53,396 nucleotides of DNA from Candidatus Tayloriibacteriota bacterium. Lineage in GTDB: Bacteria > Patescibacteriota > Minisyncoccia > Phycocordibacterales > PALSA-1337. Shown one piece after another: positions 1 to 10,399 of this stretch. Every line of letters starts with the position of its first letter. The first letter of the stretch is position 1. The stretch spans positions 1 through 53,396 of the forward strand of contig CAITNV010000023.1 in assembly GCA_903893855.1 (NCBI GenBank), given 5' to 3'. Position numbers and translations under genes: made by a program. The notes beneath the pieces were generated by a model. The model ran no database searches and was not told where the DNA came from. It saw nothing but the letters and a program-made list of their open reading frames with translations.

Positions 1-20
1 ATAAATAATATTACTAATTC

Positions 21-644
21 CTATCTACTATAAAATTCCAATACCGATCCGACATTAAACAGTAACTCTGTCTGTACAGCTGTAGGAATACCATCAATCG
101 TGATTTCTTTCTTGTCGAGATTGAGCTTTAACCAAGCGGGAATTTTGACCGTCTTGAATCGCTCATCGAGTGTAGTGAAAATAGCTTTCTTTTTGCTACC
201 CTCTCGAATCGCAATAACATCACCAAGCTTTACCTGATATGAAGGAATAGTTACCTTTGTTCCATTGATAGTAAGATGACCATGAGACACCATCTGGCGA
301 GCTGCCTGACGTGTAAGTGCAAAACCTGCTCGGAGTGCTACGTTATCAAGACGTCCTTCGAGGCTTCGAACAAGGAGTTCTGCTGAGTTACCCTTCTCTG
401 CAAGAGCGCTCTTAACGTAGTTAGTAAACTGGCGACCTGGTACGCCATAGCTCATACGAGCCTTCTGCTTTTCGAGCATGCCGAGACCGTAATCGCTCTT
501 TGCGCGAGGCTTGCTTCCACCTGAACGGCCGCGAGGGCTTGGTGTTGAAGCTCCGGTTCGCATAGCGTACTTCTGTGTCTGAGTCTTCTCAAACACTGGT
601 GCTCCGAGTCGTCGTGCTATTTTGTATCGTGGTCCAATTATCAT
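21..644 (-). CDS. rpsD: 30S ribosomal protein S4
   Basis: GPRYKIARRLG N-terminus, LEGRLDNV and ARQMVSHGH motifs; follows rpsM-rpsK. Confidence 0.98.
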   Translation of the reverse strand: MIIGPRYKIARRLGAPVFEKTQTQKYAMRTGASTPSPRGRSGGSKPRAKSDYGLGMLEKQKARMSYGVPGRQFTNYVKSALAEKGNSAELLVRSLEGRLDNVALRAGFALTRQAARQMVSHGHLTINGTKVTIPSYQVKLGDVIAIREGSKKKAIFTTLDERFKTVKIPAWLKLNLDKKEITIDGIPTAVQTELLFNVGSVLEFYSR

Positions 645-662
645 ATAAAAAATTATTAAATA

Positions 663-1154
663 TTAAACTCTTCGTGCTCGCTTAGGCTTCGGTCCGTTAA
701 AAGGAACTGGAGTAGCGTCTTTGATAGAAGAAATAGTTACGCCTTTAGACGTAAAGCCACGAATCGATGATTCGCGGCCTGATCCTGTACCTTTAACAAC
801 GACAGATACTTCCTTAAGTCCCATATGTGCAACCTTAGCAAAAAGAGTCTCACCAACCTTTGCAGCTGCAAAAGGTGTACCCTTCTTAGCACCCTTGAAA
901 CCTAGAGCTCCAGCAGAAGAAGCAGCAACGGCGTTGCCTTTCTCATCAGTAAGGAGGAGTTTGGTGTTATTGTAGGTAGATTGAACATAGAGAACACCCG
1001 TATCAAGGCGTTTTTTGCTTGATACTGCTACGACTACAGGTTCACCAGATGCTTGTTTAGGAGCATCAGCGTTGGTTTTAGCTGTTTTTGGTGTCTTTGC
1101 TGAAGCTGGTTTAACTGCTTCGTCTTTTTTTGTTGTTGTTGCTGGTTTTGCCAT
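663..1154 (-). CDS. rpsK: 30S ribosomal protein S11 with ~45-aa K/A/T/P-rich N-terminal extension
   Basis: STYNNT, GFKGAKKGTPFAA, GSGRES and DATPVPFNG motifs. Confidence 0.97.
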   Translation of the reverse strand: MAKPATTTKKDEAVKPASAKTPKTAKTNADAPKQASGEPVVVAVSSKKRLDTGVLYVQSTYNNTKLLLTDEKGNAVAASSAGALGFKGAKKGTPFAAAKVGETLFAKVAHMGLKEVSVVVKGTGSGRESSIRGFTSKGVTISSIKDATPVPFNGPKPKRARRV

Positions 1155-1189
1155 ATGGTTAGTTATAAGAGGAGAGTAATGAATTAGGT

Positions 1190-1570
1190 CTATGTCTTTT
1201 CTTCTTTCTTACGACCAGAACCCATAGTCTTTCGAACGTTACCTCGGAGTGTTCGAGAGTTGGTCTTTGTTCGCTGGCCTCGTACTGGTAATCGTCGAGC
1301 GTGTCGAGAACCTCGATATGATTTGATGTCCTTCAAACGCTTGATGTTAGCTCCAACTTCACGTCGTAGCTCACCTTCAATTTTGAAAGATTCAACAATT
1401 TTTCGGATCTCATTCTCCTGCTCAACGGTAAGGTCTTTAGCCTTGATGTCTCGGCTTACCTTTGCAGTCTCAAGAATGTGAACCGCTCGAGATCGTCCAA
1501 CACCGTATAGTGTCGTGAGGGCGATTTCGAGCTTTTTATTATCTGGAAGTGTTATACCGAGGATACGCAT
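1190..1570 (-). CDS. rpsM: 30S ribosomal protein S13
   Basis: LTTLYGVG, YRGSRH and LPVRGQRTKTN motifs. Confidence 0.98.
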   Translation of the reverse strand: MRILGITLPDNKKLEIALTTLYGVGRSRAVHILETAKVSRDIKAKDLTVEQENEIRKIVESFKIEGELRREVGANIKRLKDIKSYRGSRHARRLPVRGQRTKTNSRTLRGNVRKTMGSGRKKEEKT

Positions 1571-1612
1571 TTTATTATTTTAATTTATGTAAACTATGTA
1601 TGAAAATTAATA

Positions 1613-1729
1613 CTATCCTTGACGCTGCTTATGTCGTGGGTTTGCTGTACAGATAACAAACACATAACCCTTGCGGCGAACTACGCTGCACTTTGGACAA
1701 TTTTTTTTAACTGATGCTTTTACTTTCAT
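1613..1729 (-). CDS. rpmJ: 50S ribosomal protein L36 (Zn-binding C+ type)
   Basis: [14 protein letters not shown]...[14 protein letters not shown]; start trimmed to ATG at 1729. Confidence 0.96.
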   Translation of the reverse strand: MKVKASVKKNCPKCSVVRRKGYVFVICTANPRHKQRQG

Positions 1730-1769
1730 TTTGTTCTTCAGGTTATGCGAAATATTTATAATAATGGCA

Positions 1770-1994
1770 CTAGAGTCTTCGAGTAATTCTTGCTCGTCCA
1801 CCATACGAGTCGAGGGTTAGCTCAACCTTATCACCTATCAAAATACGGATATGGTGCATTCGCATTTTGCCTGCTAGATACGCTAATACAATGTCTTCTG
1901 TAGCCTCTATCTTTACACGAAAAAGTGTATTGGGGAGGGCCTCAGTGACAATGCCGTATGCTGCAGGACTTTTTGTTTTTTGGGGTGAATCCAT
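1770..1994 (-). CDS. infA: translation initiation factor IF-1
   Basis: [14 protein letters not shown]...[17 protein letters not shown]; start trimmed to ATG at 1994. Confidence 0.96.
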   Translation of the reverse strand: MDSPQKTKSPAAYGIVTEALPNTLFRVKIEATEDIVLAYLAGKMRMHHIRILIGDKVELTLDSYGGRARITRRL

Positions 1995-2098
1995 TACTAT
2001 AAAAACGCGTTGTTTATCATAGCAGATACATACTTTAAAAGTCAAGGCCTAACGACCTTGCGTTTTGATATACGCTTTAAAAGTGACGCTATTTGTTA

Positions 2099-3430
2099 TT
2101 ATTGGGTATCAATAGTGATTTTTGATACGGAATCAGGAAACGTATGTCTCCAGAACGGGGTTATTATAGCACGAGCATTGGCAATTGTGCTATACCTATT
2201 GAAAATAGCTTTACTGTCAGCTACTGGAACGCCAGATAAAGCCTTAATAAGGCTGTCTTTTTGAAAAGTACCCGTTATCTTAACGTGACCATTAAGAGCG
2301 AAAGCTATAGGATCTCCTGTCTGATTCTTCAAATTGGCTGTAAAAAGACTAGGGTTAATAGGCGTAAATACCAAGGATTCTACACCAGAAAGCGTGTAGG
2401 AATTAGCTGGGAATTCAGCCATTTGATTGGGAGCAACATTTCGCATAATATCGGTCTTTTTGAACATAATGCCGTAAAGTATGCCGGTGACAGTAACGGA
2501 AGCAGTTGTCGAGCTTATCATTGCAGTAGTTGAAGTGGCGAAATTAACTGCGTATGCATTGTTATAGAGTACATATCCATCCGGAACCAAGACGTGCAGG
2601 TCACTAGTAAGTTCAGAGCTTATCGTCTGTGAAAGACTCGTTACCGCACTCGCAAGTGATGAAGTAGCAATAATCTGAGTGTACCCCAGATATCCACCTA
2701 CAAGGGATCCATTCGGCTTAAGACTACCTGTAATGGCGGTGTACTTTGGAGTATTTGCAAATGATTCGACACGAAAGACCGCGCTGGAATCATTTGGTCC
2801 ATAAGAAGTCATATTGTATTGAGCACCCGCATCTTTAGCGACGATGTAGACAGAAGCGGATCCAGTTGTCGTTCCAGTATCGGTTTTGTGAATCCCCGGA
2901 ACTGTAACTGGATTAGCGGTGACATATAATTGCCCGCGATTATTAGAAAGTAGCGTACCTTGAGGCAATTTCTGAGATGAAGAGCTGTAATTATTGGTAA
3001 TGATGATTTGTCCCCAAGCTTTTTTCTCAACTGAAGGACCTTGGGTTGCTTGCACCGTGGTACTAGCGATCTCATTGGTCTGAATAATCTGATATGGGAA
3101 AGGTGCAGTGTCTTTTGCGGCATTATATGCCCCATTCACCATAATATCTGCGGTTTTTGGGGTAACGACCACAACCGCTTTATCGTAAATATAGGTAAAA
3201 ATGACGTATATACTTGCGCAACAGATCACAAGCGCCAAAACAATGCCAAAAATAGTGCGCCTGCGTAACATTCGTCTACGCTTATTAAAATGACGAAAAG
3301 GCTCAGCGTCAGGCTGGCGCTGTTTACGCTTCGGAGAGACTATTTTTGGTTCGGTTTCTGGTTCAGGTTCAGTGTGAATTCGATGAACCTTAACACGGAC
3401 CATATCTTGTAATACTTTTTTTTCTGGCAT
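2099..3430 (-). CDS. membrane-anchored beta-rich protein, CPR conserved (baseplate-J-like annotation class)
   Basis: Basic N-terminus, one TM helix, GQIIITNNYS...QKLPQGT and YRTxxxVTVPG-like segments, C-terminal ITPFW. Confidence 0.55.
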   Translation of the reverse strand: MPEKKVLQDMVRVKVHRIHTEPEPETEPKIVSPKRKQRQPDAEPFRHFNKRRRMLRRRTIFGIVLALVICCASIYVIFTYIYDKAVVVVTPKTADIMVNGAYNAAKDTAPFPYQIIQTNEIASTTVQATQGPSVEKKAWGQIIITNNYSSSSQKLPQGTLLSNNRGQLYVTANPVTVPGIHKTDTGTTTGSASVYIVAKDAGAQYNMTSYGPNDSSAVFRVESFANTPKYTAITGSLKPNGSLVGGYLGYTQIIATSSLASAVTSLSQTISSELTSDLHVLVPDGYVLYNNAYAVNFATSTTAMISSTTASVTVTGILYGIMFKKTDIMRNVAPNQMAEFPANSYTLSGVESLVFTPINPSLFTANLKNQTGDPIAFALNGHVKITGTFQKDSLIKALSGVPVADSKAIFNRYSTIANARAIITPFWRHTFPDSVSKITIDTQ

Positions 3431-3435
3431 ATATG

Positions 3436-4557
3436 CTAAATTCTAAAAAGCCGATGTAAAACATCCGTATTTACATGAGTCACGACGAAGCGCTGAGTTT
3501 TGGCAAGTATTCCGTCTTTGCCATCTTTATTACTTCTAGCAACTCGCTCTTCGAGCATGTTCTCGAGTGCTCGCTTGAAATGTGGGTAATATTGTTTCGG
3601 CACATTAAGCATAATTTCATACGGCAAGAGTTCATTCTCAGTAGTATCGAGAAACACTTGAGCCCATTTATCTTGCACCGCCATATCAATATGCTTTGAT
3701 GTGCGATTATGTTCGTCGCGATGAAGAGCATTCGCTGCATGAAGAGTGACTTTTGATGCACTCGTATCATGAGATTCTCCGGTCTGACCTGCTACATAGC
3801 GATTGAGCGTCTGATAGCCGAAAGGAAGTGATGTTATTCTTGATATTCGGCCATTATCTACGATGAAAAAATCAGAAAGCTCCCCATGCACATGCGCAGA
3901 TATAAAGCTTGGATCTTCACGCGTAATATTTCGAGAAGAAGCGTAGTGTAGAAGAGTATCTGATTGGCAAGTGATTTTACCCTTAGCATATGCAAAGTGT
4001 GCAACGATTGTATTGTTAATATGCTCGACAATAACTTCAGATGTCATACCAATGCCGAAGAAAACGCTTAATTCTCGGGCTTTTTTATTATTAAATTCAG
4101 CAATTGAATAACCATTGATTGCAACATCGAACAACTTCTGCTCGACGATAGCCATGTCCGGCTGTGCGAGCTTTTTACGCTCTATCGACATGATATCAAG
4201 TACTCGCTGCTGGGTAACAACGGTAGGTTTGTCATATGCTATTGAGACACTCCGGCTCGAAACTGTTATCCATGGACTCGACAATATACAGTCGAAACTA
4301 ACAAGTTGATGTGCGACAGCCTCATGAGCCATGTCCTTTGCAAGTATCGAGAGGACGTTTGAGAGAGCCTTCGTCATGCTCGAAAGAAGATGGAAACTAT
4401 CGCGATGTGGAGCACCTGATATGAGGGCTGACGCGCTCCAGAGTGTATCTGTAGAGAATTCATGGTTATCTCTCGGCGAATGAGCGCGCGGAACAACAAT
4501 GTGTCCTTTCACAACACCGCTTTCAATTTCAAGAATAAGTGAATACAAAGGATTCAT
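3436..4557 (-). CDS. degenerate FtsA/PilM-like actin-fold protein
   Basis: LILEIESGVVKG (phosphate-1-like), INGY, HVHGELSDF and SLPFGYQTL segments. Confidence 0.5.
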   Translation of the reverse strand: MNPLYSLILEIESGVVKGHIVVPRAHSPRDNHEFSTDTLWSASALISGAPHRDSFHLLSSMTKALSNVLSILAKDMAHEAVAHQLVSFDCILSSPWITVSSRSVSIAYDKPTVVTQQRVLDIMSIERKKLAQPDMAIVEQKLFDVAINGYSIAEFNNKKARELSVFFGIGMTSEVIVEHINNTIVAHFAYAKGKITCQSDTLLHYASSRNITREDPSFISAHVHGELSDFFIVDNGRISRITSLPFGYQTLNRYVAGQTGESHDTSASKVTLHAANALHRDEHNRTSKHIDMAVQDKWAQVFLDTTENELLPYEIMLNVPKQYYPHFKRALENMLEERVARSNKDGKDGILAKTQRFVVTHVNTDVLHRLFRI

Positions 4558-4628
4558 ATAATAAAATTATATCATATTTAAAAAAATAAAAAGCGCCACA
4601 TTGTGACGCCTGTTTGTAAACAGTTTTT

Positions 4629-6422
4629 TTAAGCTGCGAGCGACTCCAATTCGCGTTCAACCATGATTCGATAGATATCGCATGTACGCATCAATTCCTG
4701 ATGCGAACCACGCCCGATGATCCGTCCTTTATCGAGAACAAAGATCTGATCCGAATTGCGAATCGTCGACAGACGATGAGCAATGATAATGTTTGTCCTG
4801 CCGGCAAATGCATCTCTTAATTGTCGGTGAACAAGAGCTTCATTTTCCGAATCGATTGCGCTAGTGGCTTCATCAAGGATGATGACTGGCGGTTGCTTTG
4901 CAGCTACGCGTGCTAAAACCACTCGTTGACGTTGCCCTCCAGAGAGTTCGACGCCGTTTTCGCCGATTTGAGTTTCGAAGCCATCCTCTTCTAGGCGGTC
5001 CCAGAATTCACTTATTCGAGTCATCTTTGCCAGTTCGTATAGGTGATCCTTTTCAAAACTGTCAGGATCAATATGTCCGAACGTCATGTTTTCGGCAAGT
5101 GTACCATCCCAAACTGAAGGGTTTTGATCAACATAACCGACATTTTCCCTCCAGTGGCCAACCGCCAAGTCCACCAGATTATGGCCATCAATTAGGATGT
5201 TTCCACCAGTGGGGTCAGCTCCACGAATAATGAGGTTCGCGATGGTTGACTTACCAGAACCTGAGGGTCCGACGAATGCACATGTCGTACCTGGTTCAAT
5301 CGTAAACGATACGTCATGAAGGGCAGATAACGGAGGTTGTTTAGCTGGTTTTTTACCCTTCGGCAATTCATCCTTTGGATAGCTAAATGATACTGACTTG
5401 AACTCAATACGCCCAGAGAATTTTGAGGGACATATCGGGTTCTCACGTTCTGTCACCAAAGGCTTTGTCTCGAGTAATTTGAAATATCGCGCGATATGAA
5501 CAAATTGACGAGTGATATTACGTTGCATGGAACCTATAGAATCAACAGCGTTGAATGCATTGCGCGAAAAGGTTAATGCTGCTACGAGTGCTCCTGATGT
5601 GATTTCCTTGGTATAGACAAAGTGCAAACCAAGGGCTAGCACTCCAAAGACACCAAGTATTGAGAATGGCGAACGAAACATCGATATGCGCTCGATATAG
5701 GTTATCCAAAGATTAATGCCATTAGAGCTGCACGAAAGCTGCTGCTTCCTCAACTTTGCTAGTACTTGCTCTTGTCGATTAGAAAGCATAACGGTTTTCA
5801 TGTGACGAAGTACCTCGAGATAATATTTGCTAAGCTGGTTTTCCATTTCGTTAGCATTAACCACTTTTTCCGTCATAAACCTATTAATAACTATGCTTGA
5901 AAAGACGAATCCAATTCCACCAGTAAGAGCTACGGAACCGAGCCGGTAGTCAATGAAGAATAGTGCGATAATTGAGCCAATGAGTTGTGCCAGTGCAGGT
6001 AGTAGACTGAAACACATAGTTTCGACGATATCGTTGATTGCAGAATCACCCTTTTTAATAACCTCACCTTTGTAGCCTGAATTACCTTTGGTGATTTGCC
6101 CGATCGATAATTTAAATAATTTCGAGAGGGAGAACATCGAAGCTAGATTATTTGCAGCATATGCTACATAGCGTATGTGTATTTGCCCACGTATAAGCAT
6201 GAGTACTTCTTTGCAGATTTCAAGGCATAAAGCCCAAAAAGCCCACCGAAAGACAATCGAGAACGTCTGATTAGCCGCGGCACCGTCAATGATTTGCTTA
6301 TATATGAAGGGCGTGACTAGTCCGAGTAATTGAGCCGAAAACACGACCACACTCAAGGCTACTATGTAGCGCCGAATAGGACGGTATACGTCCCATACCT
6401 GAAGGAATCTTTTTTTGAACAT
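4629..6422 (-). CDS. ABC transporter, fused permease/ATPase (MsbA/Sav1866-like exporter)
   Basis: N-terminal TM domain, Walker A GPSGSGKS, LSGGQRQR signature, ILDEATS, IAHRLST. Confidence 0.95.
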   Translation of the reverse strand: MFKKRFLQVWDVYRPIRRYIVALSVVVFSAQLLGLVTPFIYKQIIDGAAANQTFSIVFRWAFWALCLEICKEVLMLIRGQIHIRYVAYAANNLASMFSLSKLFKLSIGQITKGNSGYKGEVIKKGDSAINDIVETMCFSLLPALAQLIGSIIALFFIDYRLGSVALTGGIGFVFSSIVINRFMTEKVVNANEMENQLSKYYLEVLRHMKTVMLSNRQEQVLAKLRKQQLSCSSNGINLWITYIERISMFRSPFSILGVFGVLALGLHFVYTKEITSGALVAALTFSRNAFNAVDSIGSMQRNITRQFVHIARYFKLLETKPLVTERENPICPSKFSGRIEFKSVSFSYPKDELPKGKKPAKQPPLSALHDVSFTIEPGTTCAFVGPSGSGKSTIANLIIRGADPTGGNILIDGHNLVDLAVGHWRENVGYVDQNPSVWDGTLAENMTFGHIDPDSFEKDHLYELAKMTRISEFWDRLEEDGFETQIGENGVELSGGQRQRVVLARVAAKQPPVIILDEATSAIDSENEALVHRQLRDAFAGRTNIIIAHRLSTIRNSDQIFVLDKGRIIGRGSHQELMRTCDIYRIMVERELESLAA

Positions 6423-6462
6423 GCAGTATCACTTTCTTTTTTTTCTGAGTTATTTTGCAAAA

Positions 6463-6512
6463 TTTTCAAGGACCAAAAAAGCTATGATAGCATTTTATAA
6501 ACGCTATGTCAA
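6463..6512 (-). promoter_or_regulatory. sigma70 extended -10 promoter plus boxA-like motif for the ABC exporter
   Basis: TTGACA (6512-6507), 17 bp spacer, TGcTATCAT, then GGTCCTTGAAAA. Confidence 0.65.
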
Positions 6513-6551
6513 ATTATATGTTGTAATTTACGCAGCAATTCTGCAGACTAT

Positions 6552-8444
6552 TTAACTCAAAACCGCCTTGATTCGACGCACTCCCTGTGCAACTGCTTCT
6601 TCTTTAGCAATTTTGAAAGTCCACTTCCCTTCATCACCAGCAAGTTCACTCGTATTCTTAACGTGTGGTCCCCCACAGAATTCTTTAGAGTAAGCATTCG
6701 CGATATCAGAACCTACATAATAAATCGATACAGTATCGCCGTATTTTTCATTAAAGAAATGCCGTGCACCGGTCTTCTCTGCGAGAGCGAGCGGCAGACT
6801 GACCATAGTAACTGGTATATGAGCAGTAATCTTCGTATTCACAATCTCTTCAACACGCTTCTTCTGTTCATCGGTCATCTTCGCAGGATACGAGAAATCA
6901 AAACGTAATCGTTCAGCCGTAATATTCGAACCCTTCTGCTCCACACCATCTCCGAGTACATCATGAAGTGCCTGATGAAGTAAATGCGTAGCTGTATGAT
7001 AGCGAATGACCATAGGATCATTAGCGTCTGCAAGGCCACCCTTGAACTTCTGCTCTGCTCCAGCACGTGAGAGCGATTGATGCTTCTTAAACTCTTCATC
7101 AAAACCTGCTCGGTCAACTGTGAGCTTTTTGTCCGCAGCTAAAGCCACCGTAAGATCAATCGGCAAACCAAAAGAAGTAAATAGTGTAAAGGCATCAGCA
7201 CCACTAATATTCATGCCATTTTTAGCTAAACGATCGAATTCATGCACCGCACGTGAAAGTGTCCCTGAGAACTTTTCGATCTCTTCTTGAAGGGTCTGTG
7301 CAATTATTGAAGCTTTCGATGTAATGTCTGGGTATGCAGAAGCGTATGTGTGAGCGACTGCACCAACAATTTTCTTTACTGTCTCACTATCAATAGTGTG
7401 GCTTGTGGCATTAAAAACTGCTTTACGAATAAGACGTCGGAGGATGTAACCACGGCCAACGTTTGACGGCACAACTCCATCACCAATAAGGAAAATACTC
7501 GAACGCATATGATCAGCAATAATACGCTGCCTCACAACTTCACTCGAAAGTGTGCGTGTTATATCCATCACATTCTTGAACAGGTCAGTGTCATAGATAT
7601 TATCAACTCCTTGCAACGTCATTGTAAGTCGTTCAAGTCCAGCTCCAGTATCTACCGAAGGCTTAGGGAGTGTGCCGACGATCTTGCCATCTTTCTTCTC
7701 ATACTGCATGAATACATCATTCCATATCTCAAGTACATCTCGAACATCGTCAGCTTGAACATATTCATCGTGACTAATAGTTCGCCCTGCAAAACGATTC
7801 GCCACATCATAAAACATCTCTGAATCCGGACCGCAGGGACCATTGTCTCCCGCTTCCCACCAGTTATTTTTCGCTGGCATGTAGAAAATGCGACCATTTT
7901 CACCCTTGGTAGTATCGCCTCCAGCATCAATATTGTGACGCTTGAAAACATCTCTCCAAATAGCAGCTGCTTCATCGTCACGCGGAGCTACAGCATCACC
8001 TTCGAAAACCGTTACATATAGTCGTGTAGGATCAAGACCGAGACCTTGTTCACCAAGCACATCAGATGTAGAAGTAAGGAAATCAAAGCTCCATTCTATA
8101 GCCTCTTTTTTGAAATAATCTCCAAGCGACCAGTTACCAAGCATTTCAAAAAATGTAGCATGCGACTTATCCCCAATGTCATCGAAATCGACTGTCCTAA
8201 GGCATTTCTGAGAGTCTACAAGGCGTGTAATTAGCTTACCATCGGCAATGTAGGGTTCGCCAAGAAGATATGGGATAAGAGGCTGCATTCCTGCAGTATT
8301 AAAGAGCGTGGGGTTAGTAATACCCTTTTCGTCCGTAGTGATGAGCGAAGCAGATGAAATAATGGTATGTCCTCCGCGTTTAGGATGCGCGAAAAACTCC
8401 AAGAATCGCTTGCGTATATCTGCTGCGGTTAATTGTGTAGGCAT
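6552..8444 (-). CDS. alaS: alanyl-tRNA synthetase, short form lacking the C-Ala domain
   Basis: FNTAGMQP, FFEMLGNWS, DTGAGLER; editing motifs HTATH and CGGPH; ends at GVRRIKAV. Confidence 0.96.
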   Translation of the reverse strand: MPTQLTAADIRKRFLEFFAHPKRGGHTIISSASLITTDEKGITNPTLFNTAGMQPLIPYLLGEPYIADGKLITRLVDSQKCLRTVDFDDIGDKSHATFFEMLGNWSLGDYFKKEAIEWSFDFLTSTSDVLGEQGLGLDPTRLYVTVFEGDAVAPRDDEAAAIWRDVFKRHNIDAGGDTTKGENGRIFYMPAKNNWWEAGDNGPCGPDSEMFYDVANRFAGRTISHDEYVQADDVRDVLEIWNDVFMQYEKKDGKIVGTLPKPSVDTGAGLERLTMTLQGVDNIYDTDLFKNVMDITRTLSSEVVRQRIIADHMRSSIFLIGDGVVPSNVGRGYILRRLIRKAVFNATSHTIDSETVKKIVGAVAHTYASAYPDITSKASIIAQTLQEEIEKFSGTLSRAVHEFDRLAKNGMNISGADAFTLFTSFGLPIDLTVALAADKKLTVDRAGFDEEFKKHQSLSRAGAEQKFKGGLADANDPMVIRYHTATHLLHQALHDVLGDGVEQKGSNITAERLRFDFSYPAKMTDEQKKRVEEIVNTKITAHIPVTMVSLPLALAEKTGARHFFNEKYGDTVSIYYVGSDIANAYSKEFCGGPHVKNTSELAGDEGKWTFKIAKEEAVAQGVRRIKAVLS

Positions 8445-8509
8445 GGGAGAATACTAACAAATTTAGCTGAATATTTCAAAAAAATAGTGCAAAATATTTC
8501 GCGAAAACT

Positions 8510-10360
8510 TTATCGTTTCTTGATAACATTTTTTCGAGCTGGAGATTTTTGAGTTAACTTTCGAAGCTTTTCTATATCAGCCTCAATCTCCGCTATACCC
8601 TCACGGAAGAATTCCGGTGAATACATGTCAATGCCGATTTCAGCGAGGATCTCTTCGGGGCTTGCTTTGCCACCTGAAGAGAGGAATTTCTCAATAGAAG
8701 ACCAGAAGCTCTTGTCCTGACGATATCGTCGAAGAAGCGCTTTCGAAACGAGCATTCCGTATGCGTATGTGTACACATAAAAGAACCGTCGTATATGACT
8801 CCACGATACGAAAGCGTAACCTGCATTAGGTTCAAGATCAAAAACTGGGCCTAAATATTCCTTCATGTTTTTATTATGAAGTTCGGCGATGACTTCTTTG
8901 GTCACAAAACCTTTTGTACGCACAGCTTCATGAATATCCTTCTCGAAATTAAAACAAGCCACTTGTCGGAATATTGTACTGATATCATCGTTAATCTTAT
9001 CGTGCAAAACTACAATCTTTTCCGCATCAGAAAGTGAGTCGAAAACAGAATCCATAACAAGCGATTCGAAGAGTGTACTTGCGGTCTCAGCAAGTGCTAT
9101 AGAGTACTGTGAATATATCGGGCCTTGTGAACGCGACAATTCACCATGGAAAGCGTGACCCATTTCATGACCATAGGTCTTCAAAGAATAAAGATTACCC
9201 ACGTGATTGAGTAGCACAAACGTCGGTAATTTATAGAAACCTGCACAATACGCTCCGCCCTGCTTGCCAACTCGTGGCGCTACGTCAATCTGCCCATTCG
9301 CAATATAGCTATCAAGATAATCAGCGTACTTTTTATCAATAGCTCCGAATGTCTTCTTTAAAATCTCAGTTGATTGTGCAAAATCAAATCCTCTCTTAAC
9401 TGTGCCTATTTTCGCGGCTCGATCTGAATATGAAAGTTTTTTGATCTTGAGGAGTTTTGCTTTCAATTTAAAGAAGGAATGCGCTACATGATTATGTTTG
9501 GTGACGGTAGTAATGAGATTCTCAATAACCTTCGGATCATTGCGATATTCAAGAACGGTCGCTTCATATGGAGTCTTGTAGCCTCGAAGTTCATCTTCGA
9601 TCTTTTTATCTGTGACGACGGCATTCATTTCGGCTTCGGCGGCAGATGCAATTCCTTTCTGAGCTTCATTAACCAAAGCTTCAAGAGCCTTACGTTCACG
9701 AGGGCTTGAGAGCGAACTAACAGAATAATGTGCTTCGGATAATGGCATCTTTTTTCCTTTCCATGTTACCGTAATCGTGCTCAGTAAACGTTCTGTAGCC
9801 ATAATCCACATCTCTCGTGAGGGCATATTTTTGAGATTGAGCACTTTCTCTTCTGAGGTCGTGAGGCTGTAGCGTGCATCAGCAAATATTCGCGAAATGA
9901 GGACCTTAAAACGTGCGAGCTGTGGATCAGCAAGGAATTTCTTTTGAAATTCAGCTGAAATAGTACCGAGTGTAATTAAAAAGAAAGTTAGGGCGTTGGC
10001 GGCTTTGGTCAAGCGATTACCGAGCAAGGCTAATTGCGACGTTGCAATAGTGCCAAGCTCACTTGTTCCCTCAATATCTTTGAGGAAATAAAAATACATA
10101 ATAGGTTTTGAATCGGAATCCTCGGCTAATTTCTCATAATCAGTGAGAGCTTCGAGCAGGGCCTTAGCGTCTCTTGTATAGACCTTATCTGCAACATCAT
10201 ATGTTGACGCAAAGGCTGCATATTTTTTCTCAAGTATTTCAACGTCCTTCATGATAGCTGGATCTTGTGGCGAGCTATATAGAAGAGCGAGATTCCATTG
10301 TGGAGCCTTTGGGCTTGTTTTCTTTATTATCTTTTTAGTTTTTTTTATATTTTTCTTCAT
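8510..10360 (-). CDS. pepF: oligoendopeptidase F (peptidase M3B)
   Basis: GKQGGAYC, HEMGHAFH zinc motif, AETAS, FYVYTYAYG. Confidence 0.92.
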   Translation of the reverse strand: MKKNIKKTKKIIKKTSPKAPQWNLALLYSSPQDPAIMKDVEILEKKYAAFASTYDVADKVYTRDAKALLEALTDYEKLAEDSDSKPIMYFYFLKDIEGTSELGTIATSQLALLGNRLTKAANALTFFLITLGTISAEFQKKFLADPQLARFKVLISRIFADARYSLTTSEEKVLNLKNMPSREMWIMATERLLSTITVTWKGKKMPLSEAHYSVSSLSSPRERKALEALVNEAQKGIASAAEAEMNAVVTDKKIEDELRGYKTPYEATVLEYRNDPKVIENLITTVTKHNHVAHSFFKLKAKLLKIKKLSYSDRAAKIGTVKRGFDFAQSTEILKKTFGAIDKKYADYLDSYIANGQIDVAPRVGKQGGAYCAGFYKLPTFVLLNHVGNLYSLKTYGHEMGHAFHGELSRSQGPIYSQYSIALAETASTLFESLVMDSVFDSLSDAEKIVVLHDKINDDISTIFRQVACFNFEKDIHEAVRTKGFVTKEVIAELHNKNMKEYLGPVFDLEPNAGYAFVSWSHIRRFFYVYTYAYGMLVSKALLRRYRQDKSFWSSIEKFLSSGGKASPEEILAEIGIDMYSPEFFREGIAEIEADIEKLRKLTQKSPARKNVIKKR

Positions 10361-10399
10361 TTCGGTATGATATGTTTGAGTAGTTAATTTAATTTAAAT

